A DNA stretch of 32,000 bases, taken from Vibrio vulnificus CMCP6. GTDB lineage: Bacteria; Pseudomonadota; Gammaproteobacteria; Enterobacterales; Vibrionaceae. The stretch spans positions 1,500,001-1,532,000 of the forward strand of contig NC_004460.2 in the NCBI RefSeq assembly GCF_000039765.1, read 5' to 3'. Shown here piece after piece: positions 1 through 9,689 of this stretch. Position numbers and translations under genes: made by a program. Within the stretch, counting starts at the first letter, position 1, and each line of letters opens with the position of its first letter. The notes beneath the pieces were generated by a model. The model did not search any database and had not been told where the DNA came from. It was given only the letters and a program-made list of their open reading frames with translations.

Positions 1-69
1 AAAATAGTGCGATAGTCAGTGACCACAACAAAGCTATCACACTCGTGAGTAAAAAGGAGGACGAACAAA

Positions 70-729
70 CTAACCCCAATGCAATACCGTCCAGTTGGGG
101 CGATGGGCATGTTGCTTAAGTAGCGGACAGGGATTCACCAAATAGGCGAAATCGGCGTACTCGCACAAGGGTAAATCGTTGATGGAGTCGGTATAGAAGT
201 GAATCTCGCTGTAGTGCTTTGGCTGAGTTTCTTGCCACTGTTGTAACCGAGTGACTTTACCTTGGCGGTAGCTTGGTACGCCCTCAATTTCTGTGCTATA
301 GCGGCCATGAACTTCCCGCATATTGATGCCTAAAGTTTGTCGGATCCCGATACATCGGCCGACTTCTGCTACTAAAAAACTGACACTGGCAGAGATGATC
401 AACATATCTATTCCCTCATTAGCCAAGTGGTTAATGAGCGTGTTCGCTTGCGGGAAAAGCTTGTCCAAAATGCGCGTTTCAACGCACTCTTTGACCAACA
501 GCTCAACCTCACAGGTAGTGAGGTTTGCAAGGGGAGCGATGGAGAAGCGCAGGTAATCTTCCATGTCCATTTTTCCCTGTGCATACAACGCCATAAGGCG
601 TCGGTCTTCGGCGATAAAATCTGGAGAAGTGGCAATGCCTTTATCCACCAGAAACGCATTCCAGATCATCGCACAATCGCCTTGAATTAAGGTTTCATCA
701 AGGTCAAATACATATAGGGGTGAAGGCAT
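70..729 (-). CDS. HAD-superfamily hydrolase, subfamily IB (phosphoserine-phosphatase-like)
   Basis: ORF 70..789 trimmed to the ATG at 729 (MPSPLYVFDLDETL). HAD motif I DxDxT (FDLDETL) normally lies close to the N-terminus. Other HAD motifs are visible: IISASV (motif II), GKVTRL (motif III Lys) and YTDSINDLPL (motif IV acidic residues). Confidence 0.85.
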   Translation of the reverse strand: MPSPLYVFDLDETLIQGDCAMIWNAFLVDKGIATSPDFIAEDRRLMALYAQGKMDMEDYLRFSIAPLANLTTCEVELLVKECVETRILDKLFPQANTLINHLANEGIDMLIISASVSFLVAEVGRCIGIRQTLGINMREVHGRYSTEIEGVPSYRQGKVTRLQQWQETQPKHYSEIHFYTDSINDLPLCEYADFAYLVNPCPLLKQHAHRPNWTVLHWG

Positions 730-991
730 CGCACATCTCTTGGGTTGGTGTTGGCTGGGCTCGACTATCGCAGAGAGAGGAGCAAGCATGGTGTGATGAG
801 ATTACGTCATTTCTATTGCAGGTTTATGTCAGGTGTTTTTGGTGGCTATTGTTTTTGGCAGCAATTGTTTGTCGGGAGAAACTGCTTTCGCCTCTGAGTA
901 TTTGGTTGAGATTATTGAAAATAAAAAACGACGTGCAAAATTAAATTGAACTGCTATCATTCCTTGCATCAATAAGTTGAGGGTGTTGAAT

Positions 992-1288
992 ATGAAGTCT
1001 CTATTTGCGGTGTTATGCGCTGTTTCTTTGCCACTATGGGCGCAAGAGTCAGAGATTTTTCTACATCAATTAACCGAGTCCAAATTACTTGAAGAGGCGC
1101 CCATTCCGCCGGAATGTTTTAGCGACGCTTGTTTGGAAAAAGGGATGCGCAGCACTGTCCCTACTGCCGATGCGCCACCACGCGAGCCAAATGAAACGCT
1201 CGCCGTGATTGGGAGTGTTGTTTATGTGCTTGGTGAGTTTGGTTTGGCCGATCAGCGCTTCAAGGAAAGTGAACAACCGCTCAACTAA
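992..1288 (+). CDS. Small secreted hypothetical protein (98 aa)
   Basis: The ATG at 992 gives MKSLFAVLCAVSLPLWA/QESE, a canonical Sec signal peptide. The TTG at 977 used by the track is less likely. No family recognised. Confidence 0.5.
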   Translation: MKSLFAVLCAVSLPLWAQESEIFLHQLTESKLLEEAPIPPECFSDACLEKGMRSTVPTADAPPREPNETLAVIGSVVYVLGEFGLADQRFKESEQPLN

Positions 1289-1581
1289 TGTTCAATTCTT
1301 CTACTATTTCCCTCGTTTATCATTTGAACAAATTAGAGTAAAGACTCTGCTGTGCAGCGCCTTTTTGCTTATATCCGCTTCACATTCTGCATGATATTTC
1401 CCTAGGAAAGTTATGGATATTGAGTATGATGTCACACGGAGATTCCCCTAAATTTACTAGGGTTAAAAATGATAACAATTGAAGTAGCTCAGCGAGGCTG
1501 GAAAGTGGCCTCGTTTAAAGTAACTACGTTGCTTTTTTGCTGCCAAAGTCCGGTGAAACATCCCGGCCTAAGGGGTAACGT

Positions 1582-4500
1582 ATGATCCAAATTGTCATAG
1601 ACGGTAAATACCGTATCGTTGAGGCGGGGCAAACCGTTCTGCAAGCCGCCAAAGTGTGTGGGGTTGAGATTCCGTCTCTGTGTGGCATGAATCGTTCTGG
1701 TGAGAAGATTCCATGCGATTTGTGTGTTGTTGAGGTCGAAAGTGGCGGCACCCGCCGTGCTTGTGAGCTTGAAGTCTACAACGGCCTAACGGTAAACACG
1801 CAATCCGAAGCGCTGTCTGCGCATCGTAAACAGGCGCTCAACCGCATCATGAGTGACCACTACGCCGACTGCGAAGCGCCGTGCAAAACGGCGTGCCCTG
1901 CGGGCGTGGACATTCAATCCTATCTTTACCATATTGCGCAAAACGACCATCAAAAAGCGATTGAAGTGATCAAACGTACGCTGCCGATGCCTTTGTCAAT
2001 TGGCCGCGTTTGTCCTGCGTTTTGCGAATCCGAATGTCGCCGCTCGCTGGTGGATGATGCGATTGCTATCCGCCAACTGAAACGCCACGCTGCGGACGCT
2101 GATCTTGCTGCGCAAGAAGCCTACACACCCGAGAAAAAAGCCGACAAAAACAAACGTATTGCGATTGTCGGCAGTGGCCCTGGTGGTTTAACTGCGGGCT
2201 ATTACCTCACCAATGAAGGTTATCAGGTGGATGTGTTTGAAGCGATGCCACAAGCGGGTGGTTGGCTGCGTTATGGCATTCCCGAGTATCGTCTACCGAA
2301 GAGCATTCTCGATAAAGAGATCGCGTTGATGTGTCGCAACGGTATGGCGATTCATACTGATAAAAAACTGGGTCGAGACATCAGTTTGTCGCAGTTAAGC
2401 CAAGACTATGATGCGGTGTGTTTGGCAGTGGGTGCCTCAAAAGCGGTGGCGATGGATTACCCGGGTAGCGATCTTGATGGTTGTTATTTAGGGGTGGATT
2501 ATCTGAAAGATTTCGTCACCGAGCAGCGTTTCACCACAGGCAAAAAAGTGGCGGTGATCGGTGGGGGTAACACGGCGATCGACTGCGCGCGGACGGCAGT
2601 GAGAACGGGGGCGGACACCACGTTGATCTATCGTCGTACTCGCGATGAAATGCCCGCGGAAGATTACGAAATCGAAGAAGCAGAACATGAAGGCGTCAAG
2701 TTTCACTTCCTGACCAATCCTGCGCAGAACATCGCCGACGGAGATGGGCGAGTGTGCTCAGTGAAGCTGGAAAAAATGGCGTTGGGTGCGCCCGATGCCT
2801 CTGGTCGCCGCCGACCTGAAGCGACGGGTGAGTATTTCACCGAAGCCTTTGATACCGTGATTGCCGCAGTTTCTCAACAAGCCGATTTGAGCTTTATGCA
2901 AGGGGAAGCGTTAACGCTGCCTCTGACTCGTTGGAACACCGCTGATGCAAATCCAGAAACCATGCACAGTGGCACCGGCAATATCTTCAGTATCGGTGAT
3001 TTTCGCCGTGGCCCAGCCACTGCAGTTGAAGCGGTCGCGGATGGGCGCATCGCTGCGCAGGCCATTGACCGTTTCTTCGATGGTGACATGGAAAATATTC
3101 CCCTTAAGCCCTTCAATTCTCGTAAAGAGCAGAAGTTGAAACAGGTCGACCCGCTTCATTTTTCTCACCTGCAAAAAGTGGCGCGCACCATCATGCCTGA
3201 GCTGACCTCTCAGCAGCGCGAGCAAAGCTTTGAAGAAGTCGAGTTAGGCTTTGATAACGCCGAAGCGATGGCGGAAGCGGCGCGCTGTTTAGAATGTGGT
3301 TGCCAAGTCAACACGTCGTGTGACCTGCGCGATTACGCCACTGAGTATGGCGCGGAACAGCACTTCCACTATTCGGTGAACATCAAAAGCCATGATGAGT
3401 GGCAAGCATTGCGTCAAAACGATCCACGTCATAAATACCCGATCGACCACAGTTCTGAGTTTATTGTCTTTGATGCGAACCGCTGTATTAGCTGTGGTCA
3501 GTGCATTCAAGCTTGCCGTGAACAGTCAGTGCAAGGTGTATTGAGTTTCATGAACCTTGAAAAAGGTCGCCCGGTGGTGCGTCCGGATTGCCGTCCGAAC
3601 TTTGGTGGTCAGGGAGTGAGGATGGGTGACTCACGCTGCGTGCAATGTGGTGCCTGTGTGCAAGCGTGCCCTGTGGGGGCGATGACCGATGCGCGCGATC
3701 GCTCGCAAGGCCGCGAAACGCCTTTGAAGAAAGTGGACACCATTTGTACCTACTGCGGGGTCGGTTGTAAGTTGACCATGCATGTTGACGAAGCGGCCAA
3801 CCGAATTCGCTATGTCGAAGGGGCACACTCGCCGGTCAACGAAGGCATGCTGTGTGTCAAAGGGCGCTATGGTTTCGATTTTGTCGCCAGTGAAGAGCGG
3901 CTCACTACGCCGTTGATCCGTAAAGATGGTTGGTTGCAGCCAGCCAGTTGGCAAGAAGCCATCAGCTTAATTGCGGATAAGTTCAGCACCATCAAGCAAG
4001 ATTTCGGTGGCCGCGCATTGGCAGGATTCTCATCGGCGAAAACCACCAATGAAGATAACTACGCCTTCCAGAAATTCATGCGTCGTGAACTGGGTACCAA
4101 CAACGTCGATCACTGTGCAAGGCTTTGCCACGCATCGACCGTCACGGGATTAGAGGCGTCGCTGGGCAGTGGTGCGATGACCAACGACATTCCAAGCATC
4201 AAGCACTCGGATGTCATCTTCATCATTGGTTCGGATACCTCGGCGGCGCATCCGGTGATTGCGTCTCACATCAAACAAGCGGTTCGACATCATGGCGCGC
4301 GTTTGATTGTAGCGGACCCCAAACGCATCGGCATGGCGGATCACGCTGAGCTCTATTTGGCGCATCGCCCCGGCACGGATGTGATGTTGATTAATGGCGT
4401 GATGCAGCAAATCATCAAGAATGGCTGGTATGACATGGAGTACATCGAAGAACGTGTCGATGGCTTTGATACCATGCTGCAAGAGGTGATGTCGCCGGCC

Positions 4501-5781
4501 TATTCTCTCGACAAAGTCGAATTGGTGACGGGCGTAAAAGCCAACGACATTTTTGCCATGGCCCGGATGATCGGTACCGCGAAGCGCACCGCCGTCTACT
4601 ACTCAATGGGCATCACCCAGCACACCACGGGGCATGACAACGTTCGCTCTATCGCCAATCTTCAATTACTGTGTGGCAACATTGGTATCGAGGGTGGGGG
4701 TATCAACCCATTGCGCGGGCAGTCGAACGTGCAGGGCGCGTGCGATATGGGCGCGTTGCCTAATAACTACCCGGGCTATCAAAAAGTGTATAACCCATTG
4801 GTGCGCGAGAAATTTGTCATTGAATGGGATGCACCCAATCTCTCTGCGGAGCCGGGATTGACCCTAACCGAAATCATCGATGGGGCGTGCCGCCGTGATG
4901 TACGAGCGCTTTATGTGATGGGCGAAAACCCCGTATTGAGCGATCCCAATCAGGCGCATGTGATTGAGGGATTGGAGGCGCTGGATTTCTTGGTGGTGCA
5001 AGACATCTTCCTCACGGAAACCGCGCAATACGCCGATGTGGTCTTGCCTTCTTGCTCGTTTGCTGAAAAATCGGGTCACTTTACCAATACGGAGCGCCGT
5101 GTTCAGCGTATTTATCCTGCGGTGAACCCTCCCGGTGAAGCAAAAGAAGATTGGCGAATCATCCAAGAGATCGCCAATGCGATGGGTAGCGATTGGCACT
5201 ATCGTTCGGTGGCGGACATCACCAACGAAATCACCCGCGTGACGCCACAATACGCAGGGCTGAAATGGGACAACATCACCCGCGAAGGCGTGCAGTGGCC
5301 GAGCAACAAAAACAACCCTGCAGGCACGCGAATCATGCACCAAACGCAGTTTACTCGTGGCAAAGGCCAGATGGAGGCGATCCCGTTTCGCTATGCCGCA
5401 GAACTGCCTGATGAAGAGTACCCACTGGTGCTTACCACAGGGCGTGTTCTTGAGCAGTTCCACACCGGTACCATGACGCGCAAAACGCAGGGCTTGAACA
5501 ATCTTGCGGGGCCACGAGCGATGATCAGCGTGCAAGATGCCGAGGCGCTCGGCATTGGCAATGGCGACATGCTGAAAGTCTCAACCCGTCGTGGTGAAAT
5601 TGAAATCGCGGCGTTTGTCACTAAGCGTATGCAAGCGGGCGTGGTGTTCATCCCGTTCCACTTTGTTGAGTCGCCAGTGAATCGACTCACCACCACGGCG
5701 ACCGATCCTCATGCGAAGATCCCTGAGTTCAAAGTGGCGGCGGTACGCGTGGAGAAACTGCACACTGCGCTGGTGGAGTAA
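1582..5781 (+). CDS. Fused formate dehydrogenase: N-terminal 2Fe-2S domain + GltD-like (glutamate synthase small-subunit type) Fe-S/FAD/NAD(P)H module + 4Fe-4S ferredoxin domains + molybdopterin (FdhF/FdhA-type) catalytic domain
   Basis: Single 1399-aa ORF with AAGGGG RBS about 7 nt upstream of the ATG. Domains read from the translation, in order: 2Fe-2S (CGMNRSGEKIPCDLC); GltD-like Cys clusters (CEAPCKTACPAG, CPAFCESECRR); two Rossmann GxGxxG motifs (IVGSGPGGLTAG, VIGGGNTAIDCA); 4Fe-4S motifs (CISCGQCIQAC, CVQCGACVQACP); the MopB N-terminal cluster (CTYCGVGCKL); the active-site segment HCARLCHAST, with Cys where E. coli FdhH has Sec; and a C-terminal molybdopterin-binding barrel (LVLTTGRVLEQFHTG...FIPFHF). 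Confidence 0.9.
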   Translation: MIQIVIDGKYRIVEAGQTVLQAAKVCGVEIPSLCGMNRSGEKIPCDLCVVEVESGGTRRACELEVYNGLTVNTQSEALSAHRKQALNRIMSDHYADCEAPCKTACPAGVDIQSYLYHIAQNDHQKAIEVIKRTLPMPLSIGRVCPAFCESECRRSLVDDAIAIRQLKRHAADADLAAQEAYTPEKKADKNKRIAIVGSGPGGLTAGYYLTNEGYQVDVFEAMPQAGGWLRYGIPEYRLPKSILDKEIALMCRNGMAIHTDKKLGRDISLSQLSQDYDAVCLAVGASKAVAMDYPGSDLDGCYLGVDYLKDFVTEQRFTTGKKVAVIGGGNTAIDCARTAVRTGADTTLIYRRTRDEMPAEDYEIEEAEHEGVKFHFLTNPAQNIADGDGRVCSVKLEKMALGAPDASGRRRPEATGEYFTEAFDTVIAAVSQQADLSFMQGEALTLPLTRWNTADANPETMHSGTGNIFSIGDFRRGPATAVEAVADGRIAAQAIDRFFDGDMENIPLKPFNSRKEQKLKQVDPLHFSHLQKVARTIMPELTSQQREQSFEEVELGFDNAEAMAEAARCLECGCQVNTSCDLRDYATEYGAEQHFHYSVNIKSHDEWQALRQNDPRHKYPIDHSSEFIVFDANRCISCGQCIQACREQSVQGVLSFMNLEKGRPVVRPDCRPNFGGQGVRMGDSRCVQCGACVQACPVGAMTDARDRSQGRETPLKKVDTICTYCGVGCKLTMHVDEAANRIRYVEGAHSPVNEGMLCVKGRYGFDFVASEERLTTPLIRKDGWLQPASWQEAISLIADKFSTIKQDFGGRALAGFSSAKTTNEDNYAFQKFMRRELGTNNVDHCARLCHASTVTGLEASLGSGAMTNDIPSIKHSDVIFIIGSDTSAAHPVIASHIKQAVRHHGARLIVADPKRIGMADHAELYLAHRPGTDVMLINGVMQQIIKNGWYDMEYIEERVDGFDTMLQEVMSPAYSLDKVELVTGVKANDIFAMARMIGTAKRTAVYYSMGITQHTTGHDNVRSIANLQLLCGNIGIEGGGINPLRGQSNVQGACDMGALPNNYPGYQKVYNPLVREKFVIEWDAPNLSAEPGLTLTEIIDGACRRDVRALYVMGENPVLSDPNQAHVIEGLEALDFLVVQDIFLTETAQYADVVLPSCSFAEKSGHFTNTERRVQRIYPAVNPPGEAKEDWRIIQEIANAMGSDWHYRSVADITNEITRVTPQYAGLKWDNITREGVQWPSNKNNPAGTRIMHQTQFTRGKGQMEAIPFRYAAELPDEEYPLVLTTGRVLEQFHTGTMTRKTQGLNNLAGPRAMISVQDAEALGIGNGDMLKVSTRRGEIEIAAFVTKRMQAGVVFIPFHFVESPVNRLTTTATDPHAKIPEFKVAAVRVEKLHTALVE

Positions 5782-5814
5782 GCCACGACTAACTCGCAAC
5801 TCCCTATACTTAAT

Positions 5815-5841
5815 GGCTCACCCAGTGTGAGCCTTTTTATT
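5815..5841 (+). terminator. Rho-independent terminator after the formate dehydrogenase gene
   Basis: GGCTCAC (5815-5821) pairs with GTGAGCC (5827-5833), loop CCAGT, followed by TTTTTATTT. Confidence 0.7.
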
Positions 5842-5947
5842 TCTTGAAGTGCGCCGCAATTTATCAGTCGTTAACAATACCTTGAAAAAAACAGGGATAT
5901 TGGCCACTACACTGAGCAAAGCCAATAACAACACAATAGGTTTTACT

Positions 5948-8428
5948 ATGCGTTCGCATGCGACTTTTGCTTCCCAATCCTTACATTCTGCTGAGCTTAA
6001 TTTAAATGGTGAGTGGCGACTCACTTCTCCTCAACGCCCTGACATTTCTGTGCCGATGATCATTCCCGGTGACAACGTCTCCGCGCTTTTGCACGCGGGC
6101 ATTATTGATGACCCTTATTGGGGCGAAAACGAAAAACAAGCGCAATGGATCGCGCAAGTCGATTGGCACATCGAACGCTCGCTTTGGCTTGATGAATCTC
6201 TCCTTCAGGCCCAAGCCATATGGATGACCCTCACTCGCGTTGATACCTTGATGACGCTGTTTATCAACGAACACAAAGTGCTTGAATGCAGCAACATGTT
6301 TGCGCGTCACCAAGTCGATATTCGCCCCTTTTTGCTGCAAGGGGAAAACCAAGTGCGCGCAGAATTTCGCCGAGTAGACCAAGAAGCGAATCAGCGTGCC
6401 AAAGCACTGCCCTTTGTGATCCCTTCTGCGATGGGCAACAATCAACTGCCGCACATGAACTTAATCCGCAAAACCCAATGTCACTCTGGTTGGGATTGGG
6501 GCATCTGCCTGATGGTGTCTGGTATTTACGATGAGATTGAGCTGCAAGCGGTCAATCACACTTGGCTGAAATCACTCACCACTGAGCAGCAATGGCGCGA
6601 CGATGGCAGTGTAAAGGTGTTGCTGAGTGCCGACATCGAAACCACGTTGCCGACGTCACTTCAGTTCCGTTTGGCAGAGCAAGAGCAGCGGGTGGAAGTG
6701 AGTAAAACGGGCGTTGTTGTGTGCGAGTTTGAGATCGAAAAACCGCAATTGTGGTGGCCAAATGGCTATGGCGAACAGCCACTTTATACCGCTTCTGTGC
6801 GTTGTGAGGAGCAGCATCTCTGCCGACGGATTGGCCTGCGTCAGCTGTCGCTGAATACACAACAAGACGACCTTGGTTCCGCGATGGAGTTTGTCGTCAA
6901 TGGCGTGCCGATTTTTGCCAAAGGGGCGAACTGGATCCCGATTGATGCGATGCCATCTCGAGAAACACCAGAACGCTATCGCCAGCGTTTACAAAGTGCG
7001 GTGGATGCCAACATGAACATGATTCGCGTGTGGGGCGGTGGTCAGTACGAAAGCGATGTTTTCTACCGTTTGTGTGACGAGCTTGGTTTGCTGGCGTGGC
7101 AAGACATGATGTTTGCGTGTTCACTTTACCCCAGCCACGATGCCTTCTTGGCAGAGGTCGCCCAAGAGCTGGCGTATCAAATCCCAAGGTTACGTGAACA
7201 CCCGAGCGTTGCGCTTTGGTGCGGTGATAACGAAGTCATTGGAGCGATTGGTTGGTACGACGAATCGCGACAAAACAAAGTGAAATACACGGTCAATTAC
7301 GATCGCCTCAATCGCCATATTGAAAAAACCATAGCCGGCATCGATAGCAGCCGAGCTTTCTGGCCAAGCTCCCCCTGCAACGGTGAACTCGATTTTGGTG
7401 ACGCCTGGCACGATGACAATAAAGGCGACATGCACTTTTGGGATGTGTGGCATTCCGGTAAACCGTTTACGGCTTATCAAAGCGTTAACCCCCGTTTTTG
7501 CTCGGAATTTGGTTTTCAGTCTTGGCCTTCTTTGGCGGAGGTCAAACGCTTTGTGCCAGAGGAGGATTGGAACATCACTTCGCCCACCTTTGAAGTGCAC
7601 CAAAAGAACCCAAGAGGCAACAGCATCATCACCGAGATGTTCACTCGCTACTTCCGTTTCCCAACCAGTTTTGAGCAGATGCTCTATCTCAGCCAAGTGC
7701 AACAGTCGATGGCAATAAAAACCGCCAGCGAACATTGGCGCGCCATCTCCCCAGTGTGCCGAGGCATTCTTTACTGGCAGCTCAACGACAACTGGCCAGT
7801 GAGCTCGTGGTCGAGTTTGGAATACAGTGGCCGCTGGAAACAGCTGCACTACCAAGCCAAACGCTTTTTCGCACCGGTGCAACTGATCTTCTCTCAGCCC
7901 AAAACGTCGCAAAATGAAGCGCGCGGCGCAGCGTTGAATTTGCATTTGCTCAACGACACCCGCCAAGCCTGTGAAGTGAGCGGACGGGTCAGTTGGATCA
8001 ATTGGCAAGGTGAGGTAGAGCAAAGTTGGTGTTTTACGCAGAGTGCGGGCGCGGACAGCAATCAAGTGGTGTGGCAAAATGAGCTGGATACAGCTCGCCT
8101 CAAACACGGCTTCTTTTACGTTGAAGCCAGTGTGAATGGCGATACCATCGCTACCCTATCGCCACTTAATAACACATGGTTCTCCACTCACGAGCTCAAG
8201 AGCTTGCCCATGGCTAAAGCCGACATTGAGGTAAGCATCGAAGGTAATCACATCACTTTGGTCGCAGATAAGCCGGCCTTTTATGTCCATTTAGAATGTG
8301 ATACCGAGGGGCGATTCAGCGATTCCAGCATCACTTTACTTGCAAACCAAGCCGTGACCATTGAGTTTCTCGGAGAAGACACCGAAGCCATGGCCAACAC
8401 CCTCAAGGTGTATCATTTGATGCAGTAA
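5948..8428 (+). CDS. Glycoside hydrolase family 2, beta-mannosidase-like (cytoplasmic, no signal peptide)
   Basis: ORF 5849..8428 trimmed to the ATG at 5948 (MRSHATF...); the upstream part starts at GTG and encodes low-complexity sequence. The N-terminal pattern is GH2 beta-mannosidase-like (LNGEWRL...IPGDNVSALLHAGIIDDPYWGENE). The acid/base segment is WCGDNEV and the nucleophile segment is FCSEFGFQSWP. Confidence 0.85.
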   Translation: MRSHATFASQSLHSAELNLNGEWRLTSPQRPDISVPMIIPGDNVSALLHAGIIDDPYWGENEKQAQWIAQVDWHIERSLWLDESLLQAQAIWMTLTRVDTLMTLFINEHKVLECSNMFARHQVDIRPFLLQGENQVRAEFRRVDQEANQRAKALPFVIPSAMGNNQLPHMNLIRKTQCHSGWDWGICLMVSGIYDEIELQAVNHTWLKSLTTEQQWRDDGSVKVLLSADIETTLPTSLQFRLAEQEQRVEVSKTGVVVCEFEIEKPQLWWPNGYGEQPLYTASVRCEEQHLCRRIGLRQLSLNTQQDDLGSAMEFVVNGVPIFAKGANWIPIDAMPSRETPERYRQRLQSAVDANMNMIRVWGGGQYESDVFYRLCDELGLLAWQDMMFACSLYPSHDAFLAEVAQELAYQIPRLREHPSVALWCGDNEVIGAIGWYDESRQNKVKYTVNYDRLNRHIEKTIAGIDSSRAFWPSSPCNGELDFGDAWHDDNKGDMHFWDVWHSGKPFTAYQSVNPRFCSEFGFQSWPSLAEVKRFVPEEDWNITSPTFEVHQKNPRGNSIITEMFTRYFRFPTSFEQMLYLSQVQQSMAIKTASEHWRAISPVCRGILYWQLNDNWPVSSWSSLEYSGRWKQLHYQAKRFFAPVQLIFSQPKTSQNEARGAALNLHLLNDTRQACEVSGRVSWINWQGEVEQSWCFTQSAGADSNQVVWQNELDTARLKHGFFYVEASVNGDTIATLSPLNNTWFSTHELKSLPMAKADIEVSIEGNHITLVADKPAFYVHLECDTEGRFSDSSITLLANQAVTIEFLGEDTEAMANTLKVYHLMQ

Positions 8429-8457
8429 CCTTAAAGTTGAGTGATATCTTTTAAGGT

Positions 8458-8490
8458 ACGAAAACGGCCCTGTCTTAGGGGCGTTTTCGT
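8458..8490 (+). terminator. Hairpin terminator after the GH2 gene
   Basis: ACGAAAACG(G)CCC pairs with GGGCGTTTTCGT (one bulged G), 8-nt loop, followed by a T-rich tract (TGACTTTTCC). Confidence 0.6.
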
Positions 8491-8788
8491 TGACTTTTCC
8501 CGCTTTATTCTAATGGTTGTTCTATTTTTGTAGAGTATTAGTTCTAGTTTGTAAAATCCAGAATAACGATTATTGTTTATTCCTTGTCATTGATCACTAT
8601 TTTGACAAAACTTCTATTCTCATTTTTTTACAAATGGACATAAGTTGTATTTTGTTTTCCGTATTTTTGGATTGTTACCAAATTTAGATGTTTGTGATTG
8701 CCCTAATGCATTGTAATTAAAGGTTTTTGACGTTGTTCTTCTAATTGTGGCTTATTGATATATAAAAATAACTAATAATCACGATATC

Positions 8789-8805
8789 TATAATAAGTTA
8801 TTATA
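8789..8805. promoter_or_regulatory. 17-bp dyad TATAATAA-G-TTATTATA containing a T-N11-A (LysR-box-like) core, about 70 bp upstream of the AT-rich LysR-like gene
   Basis: The arms are exact reverse complements, checked base by base. TAATAAGTTATTA (8791-8803) fits T-N11-A. Caveat: such palindromes arise easily in very AT-rich DNA. Confidence 0.3.
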
Positions 8806-8867
8806 AGGTATGGCGAACTTTATATTATAAAATATCAATCGAACTATAATAATAAAGAGAGTTCATA

Positions 8868-9689
8868 ATGATAAATATAAATTCTATCGACGTTAAATCG
8901 CTAAATGTTTTATGCGCTGTTTATGATGAAAACAGCTTTTCAATGGCTGCGGAAAGATTATGTCTTACACAACCTGGAGTTTCACAGCATGTTAAAAAAT
9001 TGGAGTATTTATTAGGCAGTAAAGTTATAAAAAGAGGTAAGAAAATTGAACTAACGGAACACGGTCAACTACTTTATGACTTTGCAAATGATTTAAGAAA
9101 AATGCATGAGGAACTTAATAGTAAGCTAAACCAAGGTTATCTATCTGTTCCTATCAGTTTCATATCGTCAGATTGCTTGTCCCCCACAATTGAAGAAAAA
9201 TTGCTAGAAGAGTTAAAGATTGGCTATGAAGGTTCCGTCATCGTCCATGGTAACAACAACGTTCAAACAACCGCCGATGTTCAACTTACCCCTGTATTCG
9301 GCGATAAAAAAACACTTTCTTTATCGGAATTCCATCATAATTTTCAGATACTTGGTCGAGATGATTCAGATGTTCCCATTGATACTGTTATGTACAGTGA
9401 GCCGCTTCCAAAGGAAGTAGTTCGAGAGGAAATACATAACAGAGGTTACAAAATTGCGGAGACTTGTCGATGGATACCCATGGGAAGCAGGCTGATGCAA
9501 TATACACATATGAATGGAAGGTCATCGTTAATGGTATGTCCTGACTGGGTGCAAAATAGCCAATTTGCAGTTTCCACTCCTTTGGACATACAAGTACGTT
9601 TTTTGATGAAAGTAACACACGATCATATTGGGCTGGATACCGCAAAAACACTTCAAAATGTATTAATAGAGAGCTTATTTACAGGCTAG
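8868..9689 (+). CDS. LysR-type transcriptional regulator, atypical and AT-rich (273 aa)
   Basis: The N-terminal winged HTH is typical of LTTRs (SFSMAAERLCLTQPGVSQHVKKLEYLLGSKVIKRGKKIELTEHGQLLYDF). The C-terminal ~180 aa are only loosely LysR-substrate-domain-like. A-rich RBS region (AAAGAGAG) precedes the ATG. The gene and its 5' flank are markedly more AT-rich than the neighbours. Confidence 0.75.
   Translation: MININSIDVKSLNVLCAVYDENSFSMAAERLCLTQPGVSQHVKKLEYLLGSKVIKRGKKIELTEHGQLLYDFANDLRKMHEELNSKLNQGYLSVPISFISSDCLSPTIEEKLLEELKIGYEGSVIVHGNNNVQTTADVQLTPVFGDKKTLSLSEFHHNFQILGRDDSDVPIDTVMYSEPLPKEVVREEIHNRGYKIAETCRWIPMGSRLMQYTHMNGRSSLMVCPDWVQNSQFAVSTPLDIQVRFLMKVTHDHIGLDTAKTLQNVLIESLFTG

Noticed and set aside
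1289-1581. Possible molybdenum-cofactor (Moco) riboswitch in the ~290-nt leader of the formate dehydrogenase gene
   Set aside because: Moco riboswitches do precede molybdoenzyme genes, and the leader contains hairpins (CGAGGC...GCCTCG at 1492-1516 and CCCTA...TAGGG at 1445-1461). However, I could not match the conserved Moco core from memory. The claim would need a cmsearch with Rfam RF01055; a significant hit would revive it.
4090-4150. Selenocysteine recoding in the formate dehydrogenase
   Set aside because: There is no in-frame TGA. The active-site position reads Cys (HCARLCHAST), so neither a SECIS element nor recoding is required.
4864-5535. 223-aa minus-strand ORF, plus many 60-110-aa ORFs between 1524 and 5799 on both strands
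   Set aside because: All are nested in or antisense to the 1399-aa formate dehydrogenase ORF, whose Fe-S and molybdopterin motifs fix the true frame. The alternative translations look like compositional noise.
7190-8107. 305-aa minus-strand ORF
   Set aside because: It lies entirely antisense within the well-supported GH2 beta-mannosidase-like gene. The translation is Arg/Pro/His-rich with no recognisable motifs, so it is a shadow ORF.
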